Shown here one piece after another: positions 12,001 through 18,233 of a stretch of DNA of 62,873 nucleotides. The translations under genes and the position numbers were made by a program. Origin of the DNA: a virus (Duplodnaviria; Caudoviricetes); IMG/VR virus record IMGVR_UViG_3300009154_000059, positions 1 to 62,873 of that record; one strand, written 5' to 3'. The notes beneath the pieces are model-generated. The model was given only the letters and a program-made list of their open reading frames with translations. It was not told the origin of the DNA and did no database searches. The stretch's first letter is position 1; each line of letters begins with the position of its first letter.

Positions 12001-12359
12001 ACTCCTAGTTTTGCTAAACTATGACCCCATTGAGTCCAAGCAGATTGTTGTAATCCATATATATTTTCAAGGTCTACACCTCTTTCATACATGGGATAAC
12101 GTTTATTATCTAATAATTCTTTTCTAGAAACGGAACTAAAACTTAAATCATTTGAAGGTGCATTTTCTGATTGTAATCCTAATTCATCTAAATTAACTCC
12201 TGTTAATTGTTGTTTAGAATTATCATATAAATCCAACCCACCAAAAGAAGATAAATGTGTGTCTACTTCTGGTAAATTAGGAGTTTCTAAATAAAGATTT
12301 GGTTTTGGATTTGATCTATCTACAGATGCACCTAAAATTTCATCATCAAAAATTGGCAT
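1..12359 (-). CDS. Giant virion-packaged DNA-dependent RNA polymerase / ejection protein (crAss-like, phi14:2 gp66-type catalytic domain); 3' end truncated by window edge, >4,119 aa
   Basis: ATG at 12359 (MPIFDDEILG...). Manual translation gives ILNGIGFRIPTQALSS (~2583-2630) and TTKAGSDFDIDKLNLY (DFDIDK at 2475-2492), in frame with the ATG (12359-2492=9867, divisible by 3). The track lists no minus-strand ORF in 1-12359, consistent with one open frame without a stop. DFDID is the catalytic signature of crAss-type two-barrel RNAPs. Confidence 0.92.
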   Translation of the reverse strand, partial: MPIFDDEILGASVDRSNPKPNLYLETPNLPEVDTHLSSFGGLDLYDNSKQQLTGVNLDELGLQSENAPSNDLSFSSVSRKELLDNKRYPMYERGVDLENIYGLQQSAWTQWGHSLAKLGVNLVGTFAQSLTDIPNTISAIKNGDVSKLSGDPNGYEGTIDNWVKNFEDILPNYVSREEKAHPYLGIIPFAPGSANFWGESVIKNLGFMGGAILGSAVTDLAVGAVTGGIGEFPLIAEQIGKASLYLNKLAGGTNKVDKILELAQLAGKSEESLNRIQKLANLAAAQKVTTGLRYGMVTWGASQTESGTESRDGYRQVREELINSYKSSHYGEEPIGEDLQKIENYATDAMNVRFGVNMALLTVSNAVQFDNLFKSIVGANKGVEGSLSREIAESGKIGLKEGSLNEFEKKTPSSIYGKIWDVAKPVIPELFSEGVFEEGGQYAVERGTYDYYTRKYKNPDNKNNLENWNTLKEVTTSTLKGLHDQFNTTEGAENMIAGAITALLGHVGKNVYDRKTGEGVSKEINESINVLNRYGLTGILANKYDNTLNSLGIALEMKEAAKSGNVFKYKNLQHDAFFNFVYSRIPSNMHDVTIEQLNLLKELPKDEFEKTFGLELSQSNKSTVNEYVNSLISHANQIKEMHDSISSTFINPFKSVINPKTEDDFLINKGHDTFEEYKLNLIHSTSQINNWKERLSSIDLDLMKINPLINSEMLSKLTNEDQLKELSKTYEQEALRLLNTINDSSSYETKKSIKDEVKSLRTASEKINLELKSPTLAGKVDLFNYELNRNYATSKDTVNIGNIKQLLEYGTDINKITSAKQKTADFISFLSGEKGFKRFFEQEKELENNDIDERTVSNETETPVFKNKQKEKENVEEGREYISSFIKKAKVEKLEDSRYKITSSNGEVSYSNSKEEALKEAEDLDKENKNLEKIKVISINEDGTVKIQDINGDILNIPPDRLQGYSKVQTPEEKLAKFKETLDAQQREIELNTSVVPTISPEQIIKEGIESQGELKDADRLFISSTSPAEESITNPHVVRARVLFNNFRNLPNKLNIRALLITPKIVETLQLNGLIQSMYGREIDSDVNDIPDVNDVNKGFLAQLYIEVKGKEQYYINSKGERIGKVGEPVDINELVVETMPTTSLFYEESGQPRFRLQQQELAEKNQAGYKAFRENYFQKENPTAPYSFVVSKGRGIKNTVEGKRESNHIEGILATQEEIENTQGLITLNTTETISHNGELLKYPKGVPIIKNEDVLEFLNNRKFNDKEANSIYYVIKSIADEIITNSEKGKVVINKKLSSFLENIFYWKSKSDTISPNQIGIDTNKMTFNIGKNSYALSELESNKQELLNDIKEAYLSVNNKSLTQNFNEPFIEYTADKEGNITPIEWKNYQTYLLSSVNPDSSKRSTDNTPLTTSIAKPTEIKPYSFTGKYATLQLTLEFPNVETPIAKQETITPKEEASKIGDYIADGVTENTYTGVSSGPILFTLSKDGDIIVKESNNTETIDKVLENPKSVEVIKQILSTDTVGKQDVINFISQKIAAQIVELEKQQQETPTVEETKEPITDIDKKDNIEKQALLEKNVQDLKDKRNSLRGSDGVVPKENMAEWQQLGKDIKEAEAEATRGDNKGFIPIRTEQDGVLSGNDAIKAEKEIETIIQKILNKEITIDQAMNFIQYKYKLLANENIMLLQYIKDRTTDAPEIGNNKQSFAAWRKGGYDTELTTLENKKNPVTDIEAKKADIERRNTFTRATQMKVLPKGTPIFGGKTADGKTEFLDDELQFNNGDRITFFAEKERTGIYKDGKIVETGTNNPWGVVGILMDVKGYIKNQSKIDAELDALENKETPKPKTSLRNRASRTRLKANGEEGRMTDSDLETFKEWHAKNVPGIPYEVLENIITTHDGEKAWGVFEDGVAKFVKGGLRGTEYHEVFEGIWKDFLSEEEKNNILEEFRNKKGKFTDRASRKEYSYSDETITDNMVKERIADDFADYRLGKLPARTLGEYIRKFFKSIMDFFKSFVVKPSLKEELFKAIDAGRFKENVTDKLTPTGPEYRAVENLTEQQTHEYVQDMVGLTAGILFDEKDKGTLFSPQRITSEELFSQIKEEYDASGLSDVLSDKSWQELKEKTKDYLRTLGITFNEEDKVDINSEGANKNDYIPNPFSISDKSSFAIRFTLATMLEREPTNFDNLVSLDFPKEVLSSIGGFKLLNFSKTFATLLDKLSNTTKTSEAIDKLVELYKGDVNYISLFSRLGGDWKSGTISFNPSNFGKDDWRLFTQFIQVFTKQKPDALIQYNADGEYYTAPANLYNSIEQTKQNWIENMKALAQSDDSFIKYNQPTKTYRIDSDKLKNMPIKQPIDMINFLKEIGIDFPLDVYKSLKIEGRNNRESEREQFNKAVSTIKTYLGKNNDIMSVKGKVLDINSSLKKLAELYNKKTNPNQDSTYFGVEGQRVGAYTENNYISVFENEFNESEDLEELKQTRPELNDVFSTNSLVLKQGGNFFSKVGNRIKSLKTSYIQGTSNKDNNKGTVTAKLSLADRFTTEINQNLNGNYYVVINADKSTEWMSNLGNFISYKDLETTKGWNKIYDIFNGYLEDDILLALDADNRAHLANVGNKAKELRFFKDILRDKHLNKIDEMIEDGSTLEAIKEYITSNQTEINEDVKNYLTPISQVTKSILKENNKITELDGKFSFKTLDGNFEKTQNLDKNNLTEQELDNILNFTNINHVINNIEYHKIYFGDPYQFKIKGNQLDQTKRIPSFFSPRRTMIDSPEFNNFLNTQYNKAGEIKLSPKDPGYNTYDSYIPTITLKADVVVGSIAFNESVPKKIRDAYAKTEVADAAAWIIDSKYKELKLKDGYRWSDEAETWHQWQMAYTRQNMPGYEYTNSKLKEQDEKLLETPEPSYTLAILKPIATGSKYGSNNIDLILDKDSLFPIYYKMVQGTNLEKLYNKMFNENIGYAVMESGRKVGIEETNSLYNQDGSFNESPFINPIKVSWKSLGIQVDTDSTSSEGTMGSQLTKLASMDLYENGEPIGETPERKQVVKRAYDRNNRILNQLQQDKYNFLLTKLGVVDMGTNFQLEDGTLLSENLMYELMRRELSDNAKDTIKTDEEGNFILPFEASPSYTQIRSILFSFVNKALISPTVTGGGYIQAPVTMFEKNRALMQKTATGWQKISQDKYKTLSEEEKKSVVITDDTLKFYTKENPYCEILLPFWVKEKLLSSSKFKTEEELLAYLNSTDGGKILNGIGFRIPTQALSSAEVFKVKGFLPAFMGKTVIVPAEITTKAGSDFDIDKLNLYLKSIYIDKTGLPKLVKYYDSEETTKEFYSKVFDETLAVKQFKKAELLEAVDTLIYGLEDNKNLLNKYGEYIKSIQNDYETPYEFRDAIERKLETLSDENIQAELKKDFVNKMYSKALENEYFDSLQELLQLPENFEKLISPVDDAGLKDISDRLDVLRGTDESKIKNRILDKNYMTTLRHAFVTGKRWIGIAAVNITNLSLRQKSNIYLDTSKFENLSARDKEILGNGSIILTHNKDSEGRVSISGSKTADGKQLISQRLSGYATAFVDVAKDPFILKVIKSDLVVSTFMFLESIGAGETGIMFLNQPIIEEYLKMLDSQNSKNLFNKKSIEFIKNTFPTTTEFLSKGVINVNSLEDNISKYSENKLSESENAEQQLILDEFLKYAKMAENLFNFTQATNYDTTQFSSVDLFTRKQWRTQNAINNNIFSSVKKVMDTTFIGEKENLLSKSASAIGSIMKLDSTPFRYYLNSVLGQYGNKQFLSNDSFETIANKLRSSFLDYIIQTKSGVNDRVKELLVSSADSVVSKLERAKQRFPSIEILKHLQPVTSNIEGGAKSIRLDVNKKTAYDENFYTGMMRELRDYNPEMRGLYKDIVALTLLQGNYQSAISIKNIIPIEDYSNIVSPIIEQLVTDKTLDPFLEGMFQRNNFKDEDIMPTFTPRFFDSSTRSSEDIPVPIAIDSLGNEIYAYNSPNFANLKSIGIQSKDRRILLLDPKYNSYNIEDEYLKISKVIYNEFAGDYINMQTGQSVTKSEFAQRKSKGDNSLYDVYGYKKVFLPYPDEKGNKIPLTNEKGAHVYKQINLYGDGYRASEYYTDFRPSV

Positions 12360-12370
12360 AAAGGTTTTAT

Positions 12371-15073
12371 TTATTTTATTTGACTAACTGTTTTTGTTCC
12401 TATATTTTGTAAAGCAACTTTTATTCCTGCTTCATTTATCCATTCATTTGTATCTGCATATTTCCAAGAATTACCATCATATCTATAAAGCCTCAAACAA
12501 TAAGTATCATTAGCAGAGTTTCCATCATTAGATGGATGTCCTATAATATTAATTCTAACATTATCTTGAAATTGTGTATTTCTTAATCCAGGAATATCAT
12601 TTCCAGAGAAAAAAGCTTTAACTGCTTCTGCTCCTCTATCTGTTCTATTAGTTGGTCCAGAACATTTGTCAGCAGAAGTTCTAATTTTTGTTAAAGCATC
12701 ATCTAAAATATTCTTTTTAACATAATTAGGAAATGCCTCATTTAACATTGATGCAGGTATTTTAATTACCTGTTGACTGTCTTTTTTATCATTTGTAATA
12801 TATAATTCTCCAGAACCATCACTATATTTATTTCTTAATGTAAATGTAGTACCTGGTGTAGAAAGTAATTTATTTAAAGTTTCTATATTTCCTTGAGAAG
12901 ATTTTTGAGTATCAGGTCCTCCTAATTCTAGTTGATTAGACTTTGCTAAACTTAATATTTGTCTAACCATTTCAGTATCATGGTAAGAGGGATCATTTGC
13001 AGATGCATTTGGTTTATAAGTCAAACCTCTTTCTTTGTATTGTCTTTCAGGAGATAATTTATTAACTATTTCAGAAGTTTTTTCTTCAATTTTCTTAGAA
13101 GCTTCTTTTGCTTTTGGAGCTACCATTGAATAAATTTCATTTGCTCTATTTATAGCTACCTTTGCATTGAGAGAAATTTTTTGACCAAAATAATCATTTA
13201 CAAATGCTCTTGCTATGCCTTCTTTTGAAGTGCCTTTATATTTATTTATAAAATCATCAAATGGTGATGTTTTACTAAATTTATCAAAAGATTGTGGTAC
13301 AGGTACAACCCCACCTACAGAAGGTAAAGCTGTACTTATTTGTTTACTTAAACTATTTCCAAATTCGTTTTTCATAGTATAAAGATCTTCTGCAGTAACT
13401 AACTCTTTAGTTCCTGATGCATCTAAAACTCCTTTTAATTTTCCTATATATTGTTTTACTTCTTTATTAGCTTGTAAAATTTCTTTATCAGAATTAACAG
13501 AGTTTAATATTCCTTTTTGAGTATCAATTCTTCTTTCTAAATCTAATCTATTTCTTAAATATTCTTTTGTGTTTTTATCTGTATTTTTAGATTCTAAAAT
13601 AGAAGGATTAACTAAAAATTTATTATATAAACCATTATAATACTTATCTATTGCTTTACCTCCTTGATTAATTATTTCTTGAGGTACAACAGAATGTAAA
13701 TACTTTTCATCTAATTTTTGTTTTTCTCCTGGAGTTATTAATTCTCCATTTTTACTATACTCTCCTTCTAAAGAATTTAAATTTTTATTTATATTATCTA
13801 AAGTTAAAGGATTAACTTCTGTTGATATAGCACCAGATACTGTTAATTTTGGTGTTGTATTTTTATTAGGATCTTTTAAATCTAATTCTCTTTCTTTTTG
13901 AAAATAAGAAAGTTGAAATTCTTTAGCATCTTGATTTAATTTATCATATTTAAATTGTAGTTCTTTAGACTTATCTATTTCTTGTTGATAAGGATTTTCT
14001 TTTAATGTTTTTTTAATATCTTCATAAGCTAAGTCTTTAGATAGATTATCCAAAGTTTGGTGTGTATAAAGTTGAAATTTTAAACTATCTAAATCAGATA
14101 CACTATTAAGTTGTTCTAATTCTTTATATTTTAATTTTTCTATTTCCCCACTTTTTAAATAATCATTAGCATCTTTTACAGATGCAGATAACCTAGCTAT
14201 TTCTGATTTGGTTAAATTTTTATTTGTAGCAATTTCTAGAGCCACATCATTTATTTTATTTTGAGTATTTTTAATAGTGGATTCATATTTATTATTAATA
14301 TCATTAATAAAATCATCTCTTGTTTTATCTTTAAAGTGATAAGCACTACTTATTCTTAATTGTTGAATATCTTTTTCATCTAAAGAATCTTTAAAAGTAG
14401 AAAATAATTTAGAAGCTGACTTTCCTTTTGTATTTAACTCAAGCATAGCTTGATCTACAATAGGGTTTCCATTAGCATCTCTTTGTAATTCCATTGAATT
14501 TCCTATTCTTTTATAAGGAATATCAATAGTATTATCGTACTCATGTATTTTATCTGCAATATCTCTTAATTTTTTATTGATATCTGTATATTCTACATAT
14601 TGACCATTAAAAGATGCTTTTAAATTTTTATCATTTGCATAATTATGTACTTGTTGAGAATAAAACCAATCATTATCTGGAGAAGATTTTCCATCTTTCT
14701 TTGCTGCTTCCATATCAGCAAATCCTTTTTTTACTTTAGCTGTAGAACTAACAGCATTTAATACATTTTGATCTTTAGCTAATTGATTAGTCATTCCATT
14801 AACAGAATTGACTAATTGAAAATCAGAAAAATCTCCTGCTCCCACCCATTTTAAATTATTACCAAGTTCATTAAGTTTAGATTGTAAATATTGTTTATCT
14901 ACATCTCTATATACATCTAGTCCTGCTACATTGTCTATTGTAGATTGTATTCTTTGAATCCCTTGTTCATATTGTTGTTGTTTAGCCATTCCAACTTTGA
15001 GAGCTAAATCATTGTTTATCTCTGGAATGTACTGTGAGAATTGTATTGGGGAATTTTCGGAAAATCCAGCCAT
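12371..15073 (-). CDS. Large virion cargo/ejection protein (900 aa, helical/coiled-coil)
   Basis: Long ORF immediately upstream of the RNAP gene, the usual position of crAss-like ejection proteins. Function inferred from synteny. Confidence 0.65.
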   Translation of the reverse strand: MAGFSENSPIQFSQYIPEINNDLALKVGMAKQQQYEQGIQRIQSTIDNVAGLDVYRDVDKQYLQSKLNELGNNLKWVGAGDFSDFQLVNSVNGMTNQLAKDQNVLNAVSSTAKVKKGFADMEAAKKDGKSSPDNDWFYSQQVHNYANDKNLKASFNGQYVEYTDINKKLRDIADKIHEYDNTIDIPYKRIGNSMELQRDANGNPIVDQAMLELNTKGKSASKLFSTFKDSLDEKDIQQLRISSAYHFKDKTRDDFINDINNKYESTIKNTQNKINDVALEIATNKNLTKSEIARLSASVKDANDYLKSGEIEKLKYKELEQLNSVSDLDSLKFQLYTHQTLDNLSKDLAYEDIKKTLKENPYQQEIDKSKELQFKYDKLNQDAKEFQLSYFQKERELDLKDPNKNTTPKLTVSGAISTEVNPLTLDNINKNLNSLEGEYSKNGELITPGEKQKLDEKYLHSVVPQEIINQGGKAIDKYYNGLYNKFLVNPSILESKNTDKNTKEYLRNRLDLERRIDTQKGILNSVNSDKEILQANKEVKQYIGKLKGVLDASGTKELVTAEDLYTMKNEFGNSLSKQISTALPSVGGVVPVPQSFDKFSKTSPFDDFINKYKGTSKEGIARAFVNDYFGQKISLNAKVAINRANEIYSMVAPKAKEASKKIEEKTSEIVNKLSPERQYKERGLTYKPNASANDPSYHDTEMVRQILSLAKSNQLELGGPDTQKSSQGNIETLNKLLSTPGTTFTLRNKYSDGSGELYITNDKKDSQQVIKIPASMLNEAFPNYVKKNILDDALTKIRTSADKCSGPTNRTDRGAEAVKAFFSGNDIPGLRNTQFQDNVRINIIGHPSNDGNSANDTYCLRLYRYDGNSWKYADTNEWINEAGIKVALQNIGTKTVSQIK

Positions 15074-15096
15074 TGTAAGTTATTTTAATAGGTTAG

Positions 15097-15104
15097 CAAA
15101 TATA
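15097..15104 (-). promoter_or_regulatory. Bacteroidota sigma-A type -7 element TATATTTG
   Basis: Matches TAnnTTTG; intergenic, ~24 nt upstream of the ATG at 15073. Confidence 0.55.
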
Positions 15105-15158
15105 ACACAAATTGTTATAAGTATAAAGTTTTTAAATGATTGACAATAATTAATGTAA

Positions 15159-18100
15159 TTAGAAAGTTTTAAATGCTTTAACAATATTTCCATTTACATT
15201 TTTCTTTTTAATTGTTTTTCCTTCTTGAGATTCTTCTTTTTTCTTTTTCATTCCTTCAACTGTACCATCTTCATTATAATAATATTTAAATCCTTCTGGA
15301 GCTTGTTGTTTTTTAGAAGTATTAGAAGCCATTTTTCCAGTTACATCAAAGTCTACATATCTAGGGAGTTTAATAACTCTACCATCAGGACCAAATGTAA
15401 AATCTGGATGAAGAGCCATTCCCATGTTATAATCCATATTCTCTCTTTCATTTTGAGCTTCTTTTGCTCCCATAGATTGTAAAGCATATATTTTATCTCT
15501 TTCTGTATTAGCATCAGCCATAGATTTAAGTTTAGCTGCTTCAAAGTTATTAGCAACATTTCTAACATTAGCATCATTGAAAGAGTTAATGTTTCTATTA
15601 TATACTCCTTGATACCCTTGTTGATTAATGTTATATTCTTTACTACTCACTTGCCCTAATATATCAGCCATTTGAGCAGCAATAGCAGCTTGAGCAGCAG
15701 GGTTATTTCCTGCCATTTTAGAAGCTTGTCTTCCTTGAGAAAGAATAGCATTTCTTTCTGCATCTGCTGAATACTTATATGGAGTTTCTTGCATAGGATT
15801 TATTTTCCCTACAGTAGGAGAATAAGGTTGAGAGTTTAAAGCCATTATTTCTCCTGTTAGTTGTGTAGGAGAAAGCCCTTTATGATAAGCTGGTTGAAAC
15901 CCTCTTATAAGATTAGTAGCTAAAGATTCCCAAGGGAATTTTTGTTTAACAGGTATTTGCTCTAGCTCTGTATTATCTACTGGTTTTGCTGCAGGGGTAG
16001 CAGGTTTATTTTCTGCAGAAGTATTATATATATCATTTATCTTTGCCCAATATTGTTCTGTTCTTGGTCCAAAATAACCTTCCTCATTACTTCCTAATAT
16101 TTTAGTTGTATTTTCTCCTTTTTCTAATTCTTCTGGAGTTAATCCTAATTTTTTACCTTGATCTGTTATACCTCTATTTTTTCCTTCTTTTTGAATTATA
16201 CTAACAGCTTCTTTTGGAAAATATTGATGGAATTTTTTTTGAAACTCTTTAACATCATTTCCTTTTCCTTGTGCTTTGGCTTTTATATATTCATTCATTA
16301 ATTCTTGATATTGTTCTTTAGTTAACTTAGAACCATCAGCACCTCCACCCTCTGCTGCTTTTTTTATTGTTTTACCATTCTTAGCATTTTTAGGAAGTTC
16401 TCCTTTAGCTAATGTATGGCTTATCTCTCCATTCTTTGCAAACTTTTCTTGAGAGACTTCTTTTCCTAATAGATTGGAAAGATAGTCTGTTGTTTGGTGT
16501 ATATGGTCTTGATATGCTGCTAGTTTTTCTTTGTCTTCTGCTAGTGCTTTTAGTTTCATTGTGAGTCCTAAATGTTGTGCTTCTTTTGTTTTATCTGAAA
16601 GTGCTCCAAATACTGTATTAGAGTTAGGAGTTGTAGAAACTATTTTTTCTAACTCTTTTGTATATTTTTGTTCTTTAGGAACAATAGTTTTATTAACAAT
16701 ATTTTTTACTTTTTGATTAGCATATTCTTCTGGTAAATCAAATGATTTTAATAAATCTTTATTTGTATTAAGATTACCATATACAACTGCACCATCTTGT
16801 GTTACAGAAATAGGTTCTTGTTTTTCTATCTCTACATCTGCTTCTGGAGAATAACCACCATCTTGCATTACAGAAAGACCTATTCCTGTTCTTCCTTGAT
16901 GGTCTTTTTCAAAATGAGAATTACCATATGCATTATATGTTAATCCTTTTCCTGGAGAGAAAGGATTATAAGAAACTGGTTCTACTTCTCCTCCCCAATG
17001 AGTTTGTAGCTCTCCTCCTGTTTGATAAGTTTTTAAACCTGATTCTGATACTGGTGTATATTCTAAATCTTTTAAATGTCCTCCTGATCTATAACTAGGC
17101 ATATCTTCATGTGCATAATCATAATAGTCTTTAGCTGTATGGTCTCCAAATTTAGTTATTAATTGAGGAGTCCAATCATTAGATACATATCCTCCATCTT
17201 TCATATAACTATTATTTTGTTCTTGTATTTGTTTTCCCATAGAGTTTTGAAATATTCTATTTTGTTTTCCTTTTAAACTTCTACTAAGTCTATTAATATC
17301 TCCTGCATTACCAAATGCTTGATCTGCTGCCCCTCCTATAAAACCTGTTATTGGTTTTACAAATGTACTAGAACCTGGTACAATAAAATCTGAAAACTGT
17401 CCTGCAAACTCTCCAGCTTGATAACCTGCATTATTATTATATGCACTTCCTATAGCTGTATTACCTATATTAGCTAAAGGAGAAGCCACTGAAGAAAATC
17501 CTCCCCCATCTTGATAAGTTTTTATATTATCTGTAGAGCCAAAAGGCACATATCCTTGGTCTGAATATATATCATACATAGGACCAAAGTTATTTATTCC
17601 ATCTTGAGCTATTGGAATATATGCTCCATCTTTTGCTGCTCTTAGTATATCATATCCTGTTCCTTGAGAAGGAAATACAGAGTTAGTAGAAATAACATTA
17701 TCAAATCTTTCTTTTCTTCTTTTCTTATCTACATCTGTAGATTGACTTAGCATCTCTTGTACTCCTGCTATTCTATCTTGTTGTTGGAGTTTTTTCTTTT
17801 GTTGTTTTTCTGAATCAAAAGCATTTACAAGAGAAGGAATTTGATTAATAGCCCCAGCTAACATAGCAGGATTAAAACTGGAAGAAGAGCCAGAACCTAT
17901 TGGTGTTTCTCCTATAGTTTGTTGATTTTGACTTATAGTAAAATTAGAATCAAAATTATTATTATAAGTGGGTAACCCAGACTCTAAAGTAGGATTATAA
18001 ATAGGTTCATTAATATTTGCTCCAGGAATAGTTAATAATGCATTATCAGGACCATATTGAGGAGTTTGTAATATATTAGGTATACCTACACCACTCTGAG

Positions 18101-18221
18101 CTTTTTTAATTAATTTTTTAGCTTCAGGGTGAGCAGAGAAGAATTCTTTTTCTGTTTTATATTTTTTGTAAAAAGCAGCTTCTGATTTAACTCCTGCAAT
18201 TTTAAGAAATTGATCTTTCAT
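15159..18221 (-). CDS. Large virion cargo/ejection protein (1020 aa) with repeated phi-[QK]-x-GG motifs
   Basis: Long ORF with Gly/Ala-rich hydrophobic stretches and about 12 motifs such as AQDG, YQDGG, MKDGG, YQTGG, MQDGG, AKNG. Located in the cargo gene cluster. Confidence 0.65.
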   Translation of the reverse strand: MKDQFLKIAGVKSEAAFYKKYKTEKEFFSAHPEAKKLIKKAQSGVGIPNILQTPQYGPDNALLTIPGANINEPIYNPTLESGLPTYNNNFDSNFTISQNQQTIGETPIGSGSSSSFNPAMLAGAINQIPSLVNAFDSEKQQKKKLQQQDRIAGVQEMLSQSTDVDKKRRKERFDNVISTNSVFPSQGTGYDILRAAKDGAYIPIAQDGINNFGPMYDIYSDQGYVPFGSTDNIKTYQDGGGFSSVASPLANIGNTAIGSAYNNNAGYQAGEFAGQFSDFIVPGSSTFVKPITGFIGGAADQAFGNAGDINRLSRSLKGKQNRIFQNSMGKQIQEQNNSYMKDGGYVSNDWTPQLITKFGDHTAKDYYDYAHEDMPSYRSGGHLKDLEYTPVSESGLKTYQTGGELQTHWGGEVEPVSYNPFSPGKGLTYNAYGNSHFEKDHQGRTGIGLSVMQDGGYSPEADVEIEKQEPISVTQDGAVVYGNLNTNKDLLKSFDLPEEYANQKVKNIVNKTIVPKEQKYTKELEKIVSTTPNSNTVFGALSDKTKEAQHLGLTMKLKALAEDKEKLAAYQDHIHQTTDYLSNLLGKEVSQEKFAKNGEISHTLAKGELPKNAKNGKTIKKAAEGGGADGSKLTKEQYQELMNEYIKAKAQGKGNDVKEFQKKFHQYFPKEAVSIIQKEGKNRGITDQGKKLGLTPEELEKGENTTKILGSNEEGYFGPRTEQYWAKINDIYNTSAENKPATPAAKPVDNTELEQIPVKQKFPWESLATNLIRGFQPAYHKGLSPTQLTGEIMALNSQPYSPTVGKINPMQETPYKYSADAERNAILSQGRQASKMAGNNPAAQAAIAAQMADILGQVSSKEYNINQQGYQGVYNRNINSFNDANVRNVANNFEAAKLKSMADANTERDKIYALQSMGAKEAQNERENMDYNMGMALHPDFTFGPDGRVIKLPRYVDFDVTGKMASNTSKKQQAPEGFKYYYNEDGTVEGMKKKKEESQEGKTIKKKNVNGNIVKAFKTF

Positions 18222-18233
18222 TGTTATAATTTT

